Assembly (NCBI GenBank): GCA_964592435.1
Contig: CAZQCL010000001.1
Span: 1-39,438 of the forward strand
Length of the DNA: 39,438 nt
Direction: 5' to 3'
DNA from: an uncultured Oscillospiraceae bacterium
Lineage (GTDB): Bacteria > Bacillota > Clostridia > Acetivibrionales > DTU013
Shown: positions 7,935 through 15,800 of the stretch, piece by piece
How the letters are laid out: the number at the start of each line of letters is the position of its first letter
Numbering within the stretch: the first letter of the stretch is position 1
Program-made: the position numbers and the translations under genes
Notes under the pieces: model-generated
Told to the model about the DNA's origin: nothing
What the model saw: the letters and a program-made list of their open reading frames with translations, nothing else
The model's database searches: none

Positions 7935-9353
7935 CTATTCATTTTCTTGCAGTATATCTGTAGCTGCATTGTAGCTCTGGTATAAATCACTGCTAAGCCT
8001 TATCTTCCCTTGAATCGGTTTGTAATAGTCTTCTGTTAGCTTCTGTCTCCATTGGAGCTTATTATCTTTATATGCTTCTTTATATAAAACAACACGTATT
8101 CCATTTTTAGCCTTGCGCTCTACAATTTTTTCGCCATATGGCAACCTATTGTCTAAAACTATAATATCGGGCTTCGGTTTGTTTATTGCTTTCACTTCTG
8201 TCTTAAGCTTTATTGTTAGTCCGTCGCTTCTTTCTTTACCAAGCATGCTTATATTCAATGTATTGCCATTCACAGATGCCTGAAGACATATGGGAGAATC
8301 CAGATTGTTTACAAACCTGAAATCAATAGAGTCTTCGGTAATAGTGGCATCTCTTCCCGGGCTGATATAGGAAAGAGTCATGGAATGGTGCTCCCGTTCA
8401 ATTACATCCAGCCCTGCCAATAGTACAGTATTGTATAATGTGGAGGATACCTGGCAGACTCCTCCACCGGTGCCCTGAACCAGCTCGTTCTTAAAAATAA
8501 TCGGAGCCTCTTTATATCCGTTTTCAAGAGTTCTCGGTCCCAAAGCTTTATTCATAGAAAAAGCTTCTCCCGGCAACAGAATCACATTATCAATCCTGCT
8601 GCAAGCTAGCTTAATATTGTCGGTACGATCAGTATCGCTTTTGTTGAACCTAGTACTGTAGTGTGAAATAATTCGGTCAATAACCTTTATTTCATCGTAT
8701 ACTATTTTGGGTTTTTGTTCATCTACTACCAATTCTATATCGGTAAAATCTCTCTTTACTAATTGATTCTCTACTAATTTGAGATTTCTGTCAACATCCA
8801 GATCTCGATGCAGGCTTTCTTTTTTAAAAGATATTTTCCCGTTAACATAGGAGATTTCGGCATTTTTCCCTACAGAATCACATTCCTTTTTTATTTTTTT
8901 AAGAATCTCTCTTGTTTTATCCCTGTCATAGCTTACCTCTATATCCAGATACTGGCCATTTCCGGAAAGCAGCAGAGCGTTATAGATCTTCTGGAATACG
9001 TTACCCGACCGGCCGATATAATAGGCTTGTTTCACCGCATTTTCAACAAGATATCTGTAGCCGATATCCTTAAGGCCGACATCCCACTTATCTTTCTCGT
9101 AAGTAAGTGTTATCTTTTCTGCATTGTGGTTTTGCTTAATTGATTCTGCAACGATTTGTTCAGCATCCTGTGATGACAGCCATGACACATCTACCCCTTC
9201 GATCATGATTCCTTTTCTAATCGTATCGCCTGTATATATGCGTGCTAGAATCATCAACGCTACTGCAGCAATAATCCCAATAACAAGCACTACCAATAAT
9301 AATCTTCCAGCTGCCTTCCTAAAAGCCTCCGACATTGATGAAAAACCTTTCAA
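7935..9353 (-). CDS. VanW-family protein with an N-terminal membrane anchor
   Basis: TM segment LLLVVLVIGIIAAVALMILA. VanW core GGGVCQVSSTLYN. The start is ambiguous: TTG at 9353 or ATG at 9335. Confidence 0.8.
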   Translation of the reverse strand: MKGFSSMSEAFRKAAGRLLLVVLVIGIIAAVALMILARIYTGDTIRKGIMIEGVDVSWLSSQDAEQIVAESIKQNHNAEKITLTYEKDKWDVGLKDIGYRYLVENAVKQAYYIGRSGNVFQKIYNALLLSGNGQYLDIEVSYDRDKTREILKKIKKECDSVGKNAEISYVNGKISFKKESLHRDLDVDRNLKLVENQLVKRDFTDIELVVDEQKPKIVYDEIKVIDRIISHYSTRFNKSDTDRTDNIKLACSRIDNVILLPGEAFSMNKALGPRTLENGYKEAPIIFKNELVQGTGGGVCQVSSTLYNTVLLAGLDVIEREHHSMTLSYISPGRDATITEDSIDFRFVNNLDSPICLQASVNGNTLNISMLGKERSDGLTIKLKTEVKAINKPKPDIIVLDNRLPYGEKIVERKAKNGIRVVLYKEAYKDNKLQWRQKLTEDYYKPIQGKIRLSSDLYQSYNAATDILQENE

Positions 9354-9427
9354 TATATTGAGTGGTTCGTGTTATCTTCCCTCTACATATTATGTTGTCG
9401 GAAATGCTTCTATTACATGCGTGGTAA

Positions 9428-10654
9428 TTACTCGGTTACAATGATAATCTCGGTATCATTTATAGCTTTTTCTATCATTGCCTCTATTTGGAGCTTCTCT
9501 TCGCTTTTCTCCGTTTCAATCAATGTAGGCCTGGTTTTTGGATGCTTGGCGACAAAAACCGTACAACAATCTTCATAGGGTAAAATGGAAGTCTCATATG
9601 TATCTATTTTTCTGGCTATGTTAATGACCTCATTTTTATCCATACCAATTAGCGGCCTGAATACAGGCAATGAAACCACTGCATTTGTCACAGCAAGTGC
9701 ATGAGGGGTCTGGCTGGCTACCTGACCGAGGCTCTCTCCCGTTATCAGTGCCTGAGCTCCATTTCTTAAGGCAATTTCTTCAGCTATTGTCATCATAGCT
9801 CTTCGCATAATTATCGTCAGTAGCTCTTCAGGACACTTGTCGTTGATTTCCAGCTGTATTTGCGTAAAGGGAACAATGTGAAGCTTTATGCGATAAAAGT
9901 ATTGTGCCAGGATTCTGGCAAGGGATATTACTTTATCCTTTGCTCTTTCACTGGTATATGGATAACTATAGAAATGTACTGCTTCAATCTCCATGCCTCT
10001 TTTTGCCATCATCCAGCCTGCCACAGGGCTGTCTATGCCTCCTGACAGCAGCAACACGGCCTTCCCGTTTGTTCCAATCGGAAGTCCGCCGTTGGATGGG
10101 ATAATATCGCAGTAAATATATGTATTCTCTCGTACCTCCACATAAAATATGAAATCCGGCTCATGCACGTCAACCCTTAAGGCGGCTATTTTTTCCAACA
10201 AATATCCACCCAATTCCGCACAAATCTGCGGGGATTTCATCGGAAAGCCCTTGTTTCCTCTCTTTGCTTCGACCTTAAAGCTTATTGTACCGGTATGCTC
10301 CTCACATTTTTTCCTTTGCTTAAAATTGACGGTTTTTTTTATTAAATCTTCTACATGGTTTTGGGCCATTATGAGAGAATGCTTCTTTATTTCTTCAAAA
10401 TCGGAGTCGATCTTTAGAACAATACTGACAGAAACAATCCCAAAAACCTTTATGAGTTTATTAACTGCCTTGTCGAAATCAAAGCTCTCATCCCTCGGTT
10501 CTATATAAATCCTGGCCTGGGAACGTATAACATCGACTTCACCCAAGCCATTCAAGGATTTCTTAATGTTTGCCATAAGCCTATCTTCAAAAAACGGCCT
10601 GTTAAGACCCTTTAAAATAATCTCGCCGTATCGTACAAGAATGACCTTTTTCAT
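9428..10654 (-). CDS. thiI: tRNA 4-thiouridine(8) synthase ThiI (no rhodanese domain)
   Basis: THUMP-type N-terminus VRYGEIILKG and PP-loop SGGIDSPVA. There is a 4-nt ATGA overlap with the upstream cysteine desulfurase. Confidence 0.93.
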   Translation of the reverse strand: MKKVILVRYGEIILKGLNRPFFEDRLMANIKKSLNGLGEVDVIRSQARIYIEPRDESFDFDKAVNKLIKVFGIVSVSIVLKIDSDFEEIKKHSLIMAQNHVEDLIKKTVNFKQRKKCEEHTGTISFKVEAKRGNKGFPMKSPQICAELGGYLLEKIAALRVDVHEPDFIFYVEVRENTYIYCDIIPSNGGLPIGTNGKAVLLLSGGIDSPVAGWMMAKRGMEIEAVHFYSYPYTSERAKDKVISLARILAQYFYRIKLHIVPFTQIQLEINDKCPEELLTIIMRRAMMTIAEEIALRNGAQALITGESLGQVASQTPHALAVTNAVVSLPVFRPLIGMDKNEVINIARKIDTYETSILPYEDCCTVFVAKHPKTRPTLIETEKSEEKLQIEAMIEKAINDTEIIIVTE

Positions 10655-11826
10655 GTGTTCCTCCTTAATTTATATCTTCTGTTAATATCAATAGCGGGAA
10701 CTATTTCCTTCAAAGCTTCGATTGTTAGTTTGATTTCCTCTTCTGTATTAAAAGCGGAAAAGCTAAAACGTATCGCACCGTCGATAATGCTTGTAGGAAG
10801 GTTCAAAGCCGTCAGAACATGGCTTCTGCTGTTCCTGTGTGATGAACAGGCTGAGCCGGTCGAAACATATATTCCCCTTTGCTCCAGGTGATGTAGCAGT
10901 ACCTCTGCCTTGGTATCCTCAAAAGCAATACCCAAAATATAAGGCGATGAGTTATCTGGGGAAAGCACATGATAATTCAGGTCTGTTGACTTAAGCTGAT
11001 CAATGAAGAGTCCTTTCAACATACTTACCCTGGTATAATTATCCTCAAGCTTTTCAACGGCAAGTCTGGATGCAAGACCGTAGCCGACAATTCCTGGTAC
11101 ATTTTCCGTGCCTGAACGCAGCAAGGCTTCCTGTCCTCCACCGTAAAATAAGGGGTTTATTTTAGTCCCCTTTGAAACATATAAGGCTCCAACCCCCTTA
11201 GGTCCGTGTATCTTATGGGAGCTGGCAGACAGGAGTGCGATTCCTGCCTTTTCAGGTATGATTCTTATTTTGCCGTAAGCCTGAACCGCATCAGCATGAA
11301 TAACCGTCTGTGGGTTCACCTCATCACGGGCAGCTGATATTTTATCTATCTGCTGAATGACACCTGTTTCATTATTCACAATAATTATACTGATAAGCGC
11401 AGTGTTTCGGGTAAGCTTTTCACGTAATTGACTAATATCCAGCATCCCATCTGCATCCACACTAATATAGTCCACATCATAGCCTTGTTTTTCAAGCTGA
11501 CGGTAGATTTCCAGAACCGAGGGATGCTCGATTTGACTGGTAATAATATGCTTTCCCCTTCTGGGATTAGCATCAAGAAATCCTCTTATGGCAAGATTAT
11601 TTGATTCGGTCCCACCAGAAGTAAAATAAATCTCCTGGGGCTGGGCTTCTAATAAATCCGCAATTGTTTCTCTGGCAGAGATGATTAACCTTTCTGCCTC
11701 TATTCCCTTTAAATGAAGCGAAGAAGGATTTCCGTATTTGTTTTTAGCCACATCAGCCATCAGCTGCGTAACCTCATCATACTGTCTTGTGGTAGCACTG
11801 TTGTCAAAATATATTTCTTTTTGCAT
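10651..11826 (-). CDS. Cysteine desulfurase (second NifS/IscS paralogue, ThiI-coupled NifZ type)
   Basis: PLP-lysine motif SSHKIHGPKG and Cys loop STGSACSS. It is translationally coupled to thiI. Confidence 0.9.
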   Translation of the reverse strand: MQKEIYFDNSATTRQYDEVTQLMADVAKNKYGNPSSLHLKGIEAERLIISARETIADLLEAQPQEIYFTSGGTESNNLAIRGFLDANPRRGKHIITSQIEHPSVLEIYRQLEKQGYDVDYISVDADGMLDISQLREKLTRNTALISIIIVNNETGVIQQIDKISAARDEVNPQTVIHADAVQAYGKIRIIPEKAGIALLSASSHKIHGPKGVGALYVSKGTKINPLFYGGGQEALLRSGTENVPGIVGYGLASRLAVEKLEDNYTRVSMLKGLFIDQLKSTDLNYHVLSPDNSSPYILGIAFEDTKAEVLLHHLEQRGIYVSTGSACSSHRNSRSHVLTALNLPTSIIDGAIRFSFSAFNTEEEIKLTIEALKEIVPAIDINRRYKLRRNT

Positions 11827-11875
11827 TTTCGTAAAACCTCATTTTGTCAATTAATTAAAAACTATAAGGTATTAT

Positions 11876-11886
11876 ATTATACCACA
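11876..11886 (-). promoter_or_regulatory. Extended -10 element upstream of the desulfurase-thiI operon
   Basis: The minus strand reads TGTGGTATAAT (TG-N-TATAAT). I see no good -35. Confidence 0.4.
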
Positions 11887-12029
11887 CACTCTTATCATTC
11901 TTAAAATATTGCAGCCATCCATTTTAGTATGCTAAACTTATGGTATGCTTATGTTGAATAATGAAATAAAATAAAAGATAAGAAAGAAAAAAGCAGATAA
12001 ACTATATTGTATTGGGGTCAATTAAATTG

Positions 12030-12300
12030 TTGAAGAGAAATATTAATTTAATAACTTGTTCTTTACTAATTGTATTAGTTGTTTCAATATATTAGTTATA
12101 TTGATGAGTCGACCGGGATTGAGAATATTGTGTGGTATGAGAATTCTCAAAGCGTGATGGAAAAGGTTAAGCTGGCTAAGCTCTTTGGAATTGAAGGTAT
12201 TTCGCTGTGGAGGCTTGGCCAGATACCCAATGAACCTGATGCAGCAGGTAAAAGCTTCGATATGGATATATGGAAGAGCCTATTGAATGAAATGGAGTAA
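12030..12300 (+). pseudogene. Remnant of a secreted GH18 (YaaH/YdhD-like) glycoside hydrolase: a signal-anchor stub plus the last ~70 codons
   Basis: 12030-12095 reads TTG-KRNINLITCSLLIVLVVSIY-stop, which looks like a signal anchor. A different frame from 12079 reads ...YIDESTGIENIVWYENSQSVMEKVKLAKLFGIEGISLWRLGQ, the C-terminal strands of a GH18 TIM barrel. The catalytic part of the domain is missing. Confidence 0.5.
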
Positions 12301-14119
12301 ACCCAGCTCGATGATAATAAAAGCAGTTAAGTGGTTAAATCGAAAATCAAACAATACCTATTATGCATATGGCGCAGTAGCAGTCTTTGCACTTATTGCC
12401 TACTGCAACAGCTTTACAGTTCCTTTTTTGCTTGATGATTTCGGTTCCATTTCAAACAACTATGCCATTCAGAAGCTTTTTGATTTTCCCGCCCTGTGGA
12501 AGTTTTACGCCAACAGAATCGTTCTATATTTCTCTTTTTCCATAAACTACTTTATCCATGACAACGGCGTTCAGGGCTACCATATAACAAATCTGCTTAT
12601 TCACATTCTAAACGGTATTTTGTTTTATGCAATATTGAAGAAAATATTTACTCTGCCCTATTTTAAAGGTAAGATTATATCACGCTACCGTAACCTGATT
12701 GCGGTGTCCGCTGCCATATTGTTTGTTATCCACCCTATTCAGGTGAACGCGGTAACATATATTGTGCAAAGAACCGCATCTCTTGCGGCAACCTTTTATC
12801 TGCTGGCCATCCTTTGTTTCCTGGATTACAGGATAGGCAACAAGGGAATCCAATTGGCTTTAACCTTTTTATTTACCGTTATAGCTATGTTTACAAAGGA
12901 AAACACTATAACTATTCCCTTTATGCTTCTGCTATTGGAGTGCATGTTCTTTCTGAAAGATGGAAAGACCTCGGTCATAAAAAGGGTTCTTATCTTTTTG
13001 CTCTTATTTGCTACCATTCCAATCATCCCTGGAACAAATCTAATTTTGCAGGGCTATAGTCAAAGCGATCCGGATGTTACCTTTAAGGCAAGCACATCCA
13101 TGGATAGGTTTCGCTATTTTTATACACAGCTCAATGTAATCCTTTTGTATATACGGATGTGCTTTATACCGCTTGGCCAAAATTTTGATTACAGCAATGA
13201 CTTCCCAATATCGGTTACTATATGGGATAATAACTCCTATTTAGCTTTTATCATTATTGTTTTGATTGGATTGTATTCCCTATATACAATTAAGAGAAAC
13301 CGCCTTGTTTCCCTTGGTATACTGTGGTTCTTTATCGGCCTCTCCGTAGAATCCAGCTTTATTTCAATCAAGGATGTTTATTTCGAGCACAGGCTTTACT
13401 TCCCTTGCGCAGGCTTTATCATTTTTCTGATTGGGATGGTTAGCTATGAGCGAAAAAAGAAAAACAATCAGCTTGTAAAACCAAGGTATGCATTGAAATA
13501 CCCGGTAATTGTTTTTGTCTTGCTCTCGGTGCTTCTTATTCCGCTATATACAGGTCTTACACTTCACCGAAATTATATTTATGCTGATGGCATCCGGCTT
13601 TGGGGTGATACTGTCGGCAAGGCTCCTGCCAGTGACAGAGCACACAGCTCATTAGCTACAGGTTATCTGAATGCTTATGATGAGGAAAAAAAGAATACAG
13701 AGTATCTGGATCTGGCTGAGATTGAGTTTAAAAAGGCTATTGATATGAACAATAGGAACTCCACGGCACATACGAATCTTTCAAAGGTATATCTATTGAA
13801 GGAGGAATATCAAAAATGTATTAGCGAAGCAAGGCAGGCTCTGGCAATAACAAAGTCTGAGTATGCGCAATTCAATATGGGATCCGCCTATAAGAAGCTT
13901 GGAAAAACGGAAGAAGCTCTCAAAGCCTTCCATGATGGTTACGCTTATAATAAGCGAAACAGCTTTTTGCTAAAAGCTTTGGGAGATACCTATTATGAAA
14001 GGGCACAATATAAAAATGCTCAAAAATATTATAAAGAATATATCGAAAACAATAAACGCTTCAATAATAAAGAGATTGAAGAAAAGCTGGATGAAATTGA
14101 GAAAAAGTTGCAGGAATAG
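12287..14119 (+). CDS. Polytopic GT-C-type membrane protein with C-terminal TPR repeats (TMTC-like putative protein glycosyltransferase)
   Basis: About 10 or more hydrophobic segments. The first-loop motif YCNSFTVPFLLDDFGSISNN matches the YCNS..F..DD..AI..N signature of TMTC-type enzymes. The C-terminal ~170 aa are TPR-like. An alternative start is the ATG at 12311. Confidence 0.7.
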   Translation: MKWSKPSSMIIKAVKWLNRKSNNTYYAYGAVAVFALIAYCNSFTVPFLLDDFGSISNNYAIQKLFDFPALWKFYANRIVLYFSFSINYFIHDNGVQGYHITNLLIHILNGILFYAILKKIFTLPYFKGKIISRYRNLIAVSAAILFVIHPIQVNAVTYIVQRTASLAATFYLLAILCFLDYRIGNKGIQLALTFLFTVIAMFTKENTITIPFMLLLLECMFFLKDGKTSVIKRVLIFLLLFATIPIIPGTNLILQGYSQSDPDVTFKASTSMDRFRYFYTQLNVILLYIRMCFIPLGQNFDYSNDFPISVTIWDNNSYLAFIIIVLIGLYSLYTIKRNRLVSLGILWFFIGLSVESSFISIKDVYFEHRLYFPCAGFIIFLIGMVSYERKKKNNQLVKPRYALKYPVIVFVLLSVLLIPLYTGLTLHRNYIYADGIRLWGDTVGKAPASDRAHSSLATGYLNAYDEEKKNTEYLDLAEIEFKKAIDMNNRNSTAHTNLSKVYLLKEEYQKCISEARQALAITKSEYAQFNMGSAYKKLGKTEEALKAFHDGYAYNKRNSFLLKALGDTYYERAQYKNAQKYYKEYIENNKRFNNKEIEEKLDEIEKKLQE

Positions 14120-14131
14120 TGTTCAGGCAGA

Positions 14132-14416
14132 TCACATAGGCATTTTCAGAACATCACCCGCGTAAATCAAACTGTCATTTAGTTGGTTGGCCTCTTCTAT
14201 CTTTTTTATGTATTGGCGTAGGTCCCCTTTTTTATTGTATTCCTTAGCCAGATCCCACAGCGTATCACCATGTTCGACAACAACTGTAGTATAGGCTTGG
14301 CCATTATCCGCACTTTGGGCGAAATTCAAAAGAGATATGGACGATAAAAGGATTGTAAGCATTATCACAAATATGTAAAAGCGACCCTTGTTTTTTAAAA
14401 CATATCTTCTTTTCAT
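14132..14416 (-). CDS. yneA: YneA-like SOS cell-division inhibitor (TM anchor plus LysM domain)
   Basis: 94 aa. TM segment FYIFVIMLTILLSSISLL, then LysM YTTVVVEHGDTLWDLAKEY...GDVLKMP. It is divergent from lexA, with LexA boxes over its promoter and leader. The SD GAGGAGG lies 7 nt upstream. Confidence 0.7.
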   Translation of the reverse strand: MKRRYVLKNKGRFYIFVIMLTILLSSISLLNFAQSADNGQAYTTVVVEHGDTLWDLAKEYNKKGDLRQYIKKIEEANQLNDSLIYAGDVLKMPM

Positions 14417-14430
14417 AATACGTCCTCCTC

Positions 14431-14444
14431 AGAACACTTGTTCT
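14431..14444. promoter_or_regulatory. LexA (Cheo) box 1
   Basis: AGAACACTTGTTCT fits GAAC-N4-GTTC. It abuts the yneA-like SD. Confidence 0.8.
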
Positions 14445-14451
14445 TAATTTT

Positions 14452-14481
14452 ATTATATACGAACGTGCGTTCTTTTGTCAA
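14452..14481 (-). promoter_or_regulatory. Putative sigma-A promoter of the yneA-like gene
   Basis: On the minus strand: TTGACA (14481-14476), an 18-nt spacer, then TATAAT (14457-14452). LexA box 2 fills the spacer. Confidence 0.55.
14460..14473. promoter_or_regulatory. LexA (Cheo) box 2
   Basis: CGAACGTGCGTTCT is a perfect GAAC-N4-GTTC. Confidence 0.8.
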
Positions 14482-14489
14482 CAAGATTT

Positions 14490-14503
14490 CGAACATTTGT
14501 TTG
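14490..14503. promoter_or_regulatory. LexA (Cheo) box 3 (one mismatch)
   Basis: CGAACATTTGTTTG, that is GAAC-N4-GTTT. It overlaps the -35 of the lexA promoter. Confidence 0.55.
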
Positions 14504-14529
14504 ACTTTTTGGTTAATTTTTAATATAAT
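14501..14529 (+). promoter_or_regulatory. Putative sigma-A promoter of lexA
   Basis: TTGACT (14501-14506), a 17-nt spacer, then TATAAT (14524-14529). Confidence 0.55.
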
Positions 14530-14580
14530 CAATTTGACAAAATTTATACGATAATCCAGTATTCCGAAGGAGTGTATGGC

Positions 14581-15231
14581 ATGAGTAAAAAGATTAATGA
14601 TAAACAGCGGCAAATTCTTGATTTTGTCAACCAGCAGGTTGAAAAAAAGGGTTATCCTCCGTCAGTACGTGAGATATGCACAGCTGTGGGTTTCAAGTCG
14701 ACTTCTACTGTACACGGATATCTGAAAAGGCTTGAAGAGAATGGGCTTATAGAAAAAGATCCATCTAAGCCCAGAGCACTAAAAGTATTACATGTTAACA
14801 GAAACAAATCAAATAAAGAGAAATCAAGCTCCAAGGAGTATTACTCCGGAAAGGAGCTTGTTGACATTCCGATCGTCGGAAAGGTTACTGCGGGGCTTCC
14901 CATTCTTGCAGTTGAGAATGTTGAAGATACATATCCCCTCCCTGCCGAATTCGTTCAAAGCTCCACTGCCTTTATGCTTAGAATACAAGGTGACAGTATG
15001 ATTGAAGCAGGTATCCTCGATAATGATCTCGTACTGGTCAGACAGCAGTCTACAGCTGTCAATGGAGATACCGTTGTGGCATTAATCGGTGATGAAGCGA
15101 CAGTTAAAACCTTTTATAAAGAGAAAGACCACGTTAGGCTGCAGCCACAAAACAAATACATGGATCCCATTATTGTCCGTGAAAATCTTTCTATATTGGG
15201 TAAAGTAATAGGTGTATTCAGAAAACTATAA
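14581..15231 (+). CDS. lexA: LexA repressor
   Basis: Winged-helix N-terminus (QRQILDF...GYPPSVREI), Ala-Gly cleavage site VTAGLP, Ser GDSM and Lys ATVKTF. I trimmed the GTG at 14572 to the ATG at 14581, where GGAG lies 8 nt upstream. Confidence 0.95.
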   Translation: MSKKINDKQRQILDFVNQQVEKKGYPPSVREICTAVGFKSTSTVHGYLKRLEENGLIEKDPSKPRALKVLHVNRNKSNKEKSSSKEYYSGKELVDIPIVGKVTAGLPILAVENVEDTYPLPAEFVQSSTAFMLRIQGDSMIEAGILDNDLVLVRQQSTAVNGDTVVALIGDEATVKTFYKEKDHVRLQPQNKYMDPIIVRENLSILGKVIGVFRKL

Positions 15232-15267
15232 GATTATATCAAAGGATTTAGAGCTTATGGCTATACA

Positions 15268-15391
15268 TAAGGGCATTTGCGATGTAACATGTTTTGAGTT
15301 CCGCAGCGCAATATATTGCGGGTATGTATGAAAGCATGTCACTATATATTGTGCAGCTAAACTGTATTAAGGTAACATCGCAAAAGCCTTA
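15268..15391. repeat. 124-bp imperfect palindromic intergenic element (MITE/ERIC-like) with the shared ~24-bp terminal motif
   Basis: Outer arms: 15268-15288 TAAGGGCATTTGCGATGTAAC and 15368-15391 TAAGGTAACATCGCAAAAGCCTTA. Inner arms: 15303-15316 and 15344-15357. Perfect palindrome CGCAATATATTGCG at 15307-15320. The same end motif recurs at 37389-37412 and 37814-37837. Confidence 0.6.
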
Positions 15392-15396
15392 CCTAA

Positions 15397-15437
15397 AAAG
15401 AGGCTGGACAAATTCAATGATTTGCGTCAGCCTCTTT
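15397..15437 (-). terminator. Rho-independent terminator of hfq (possibly bidirectional, also closing lexA)
   Basis: Perfect 10-bp stem AAAGAGGCUG/CAGCCUCUUU with a partly paired interior. On the minus strand it runs into UUUUUAGG. It lies 23 nt downstream of the hfq stop. Confidence 0.65.
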
Positions 15438-15459
15438 AATGTTTCAGGTGTTGATTTTT

Positions 15460-15702
15460 TTAATCCTGCTTATTGTCAGAAAATATAAAATTGACAATTT
15501 TCATTGGTGTGATAGTTGAAATAGCATGTTTATAAACCAATTGCTGCTTGCCATCCGTCTCAAGGACAACGGTAAAATTGTCAAAGCCCTTCACCAGCCC
15601 CTTTAGCTGAAAACCATTTGTCAGATAAACAGTTACGGCGATATGCTCCTTCCTAACCTGATTTAGAAATACATCCTGTAAGTTGATATTCGGCTTATTC
15701 AC
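15460..15702 (-). CDS. hfq: RNA chaperone Hfq
   Basis: Sm1/Sm2 motifs: [28 protein letters not shown]...[14 protein letters not shown] start with AAGGAGG 8 nt upstream. Confidence 0.95.
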   Translation of the reverse strand: MNKPNINLQDVFLNQVRKEHIAVTVYLTNGFQLKGLVKGFDNFTVVLETDGKQQLVYKHAISTITPMKIVNFIFSDNKQD

Positions 15703-15800
15703 TTGACAATCCTCCTTAAAGTATTCTCCTTATTCTCCATTGCTGTAAATTACTTCTAACTTATCATTGTTGTAAATTAATAGCAAGAATTAGTTTAATT

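Noticed and set aside
14413-14613. A 66-aa minus-strand ORF spanning the yneA-lexA intergenic region.
   Set aside because: It covers both promoters, all three LexA boxes and the lexA start. The TM+LysM ORF starting at 14416 has a proper GAGGAGG SD and is in a different frame.
15294-15488. A 64-aa plus-strand ORF in the lexA-hfq spacer.
   Set aside because: It has a TTG start without an SD. It runs through the palindromic repeat element and the hfq terminator hairpin and into the hfq 3' end. It is better explained as non-coding.
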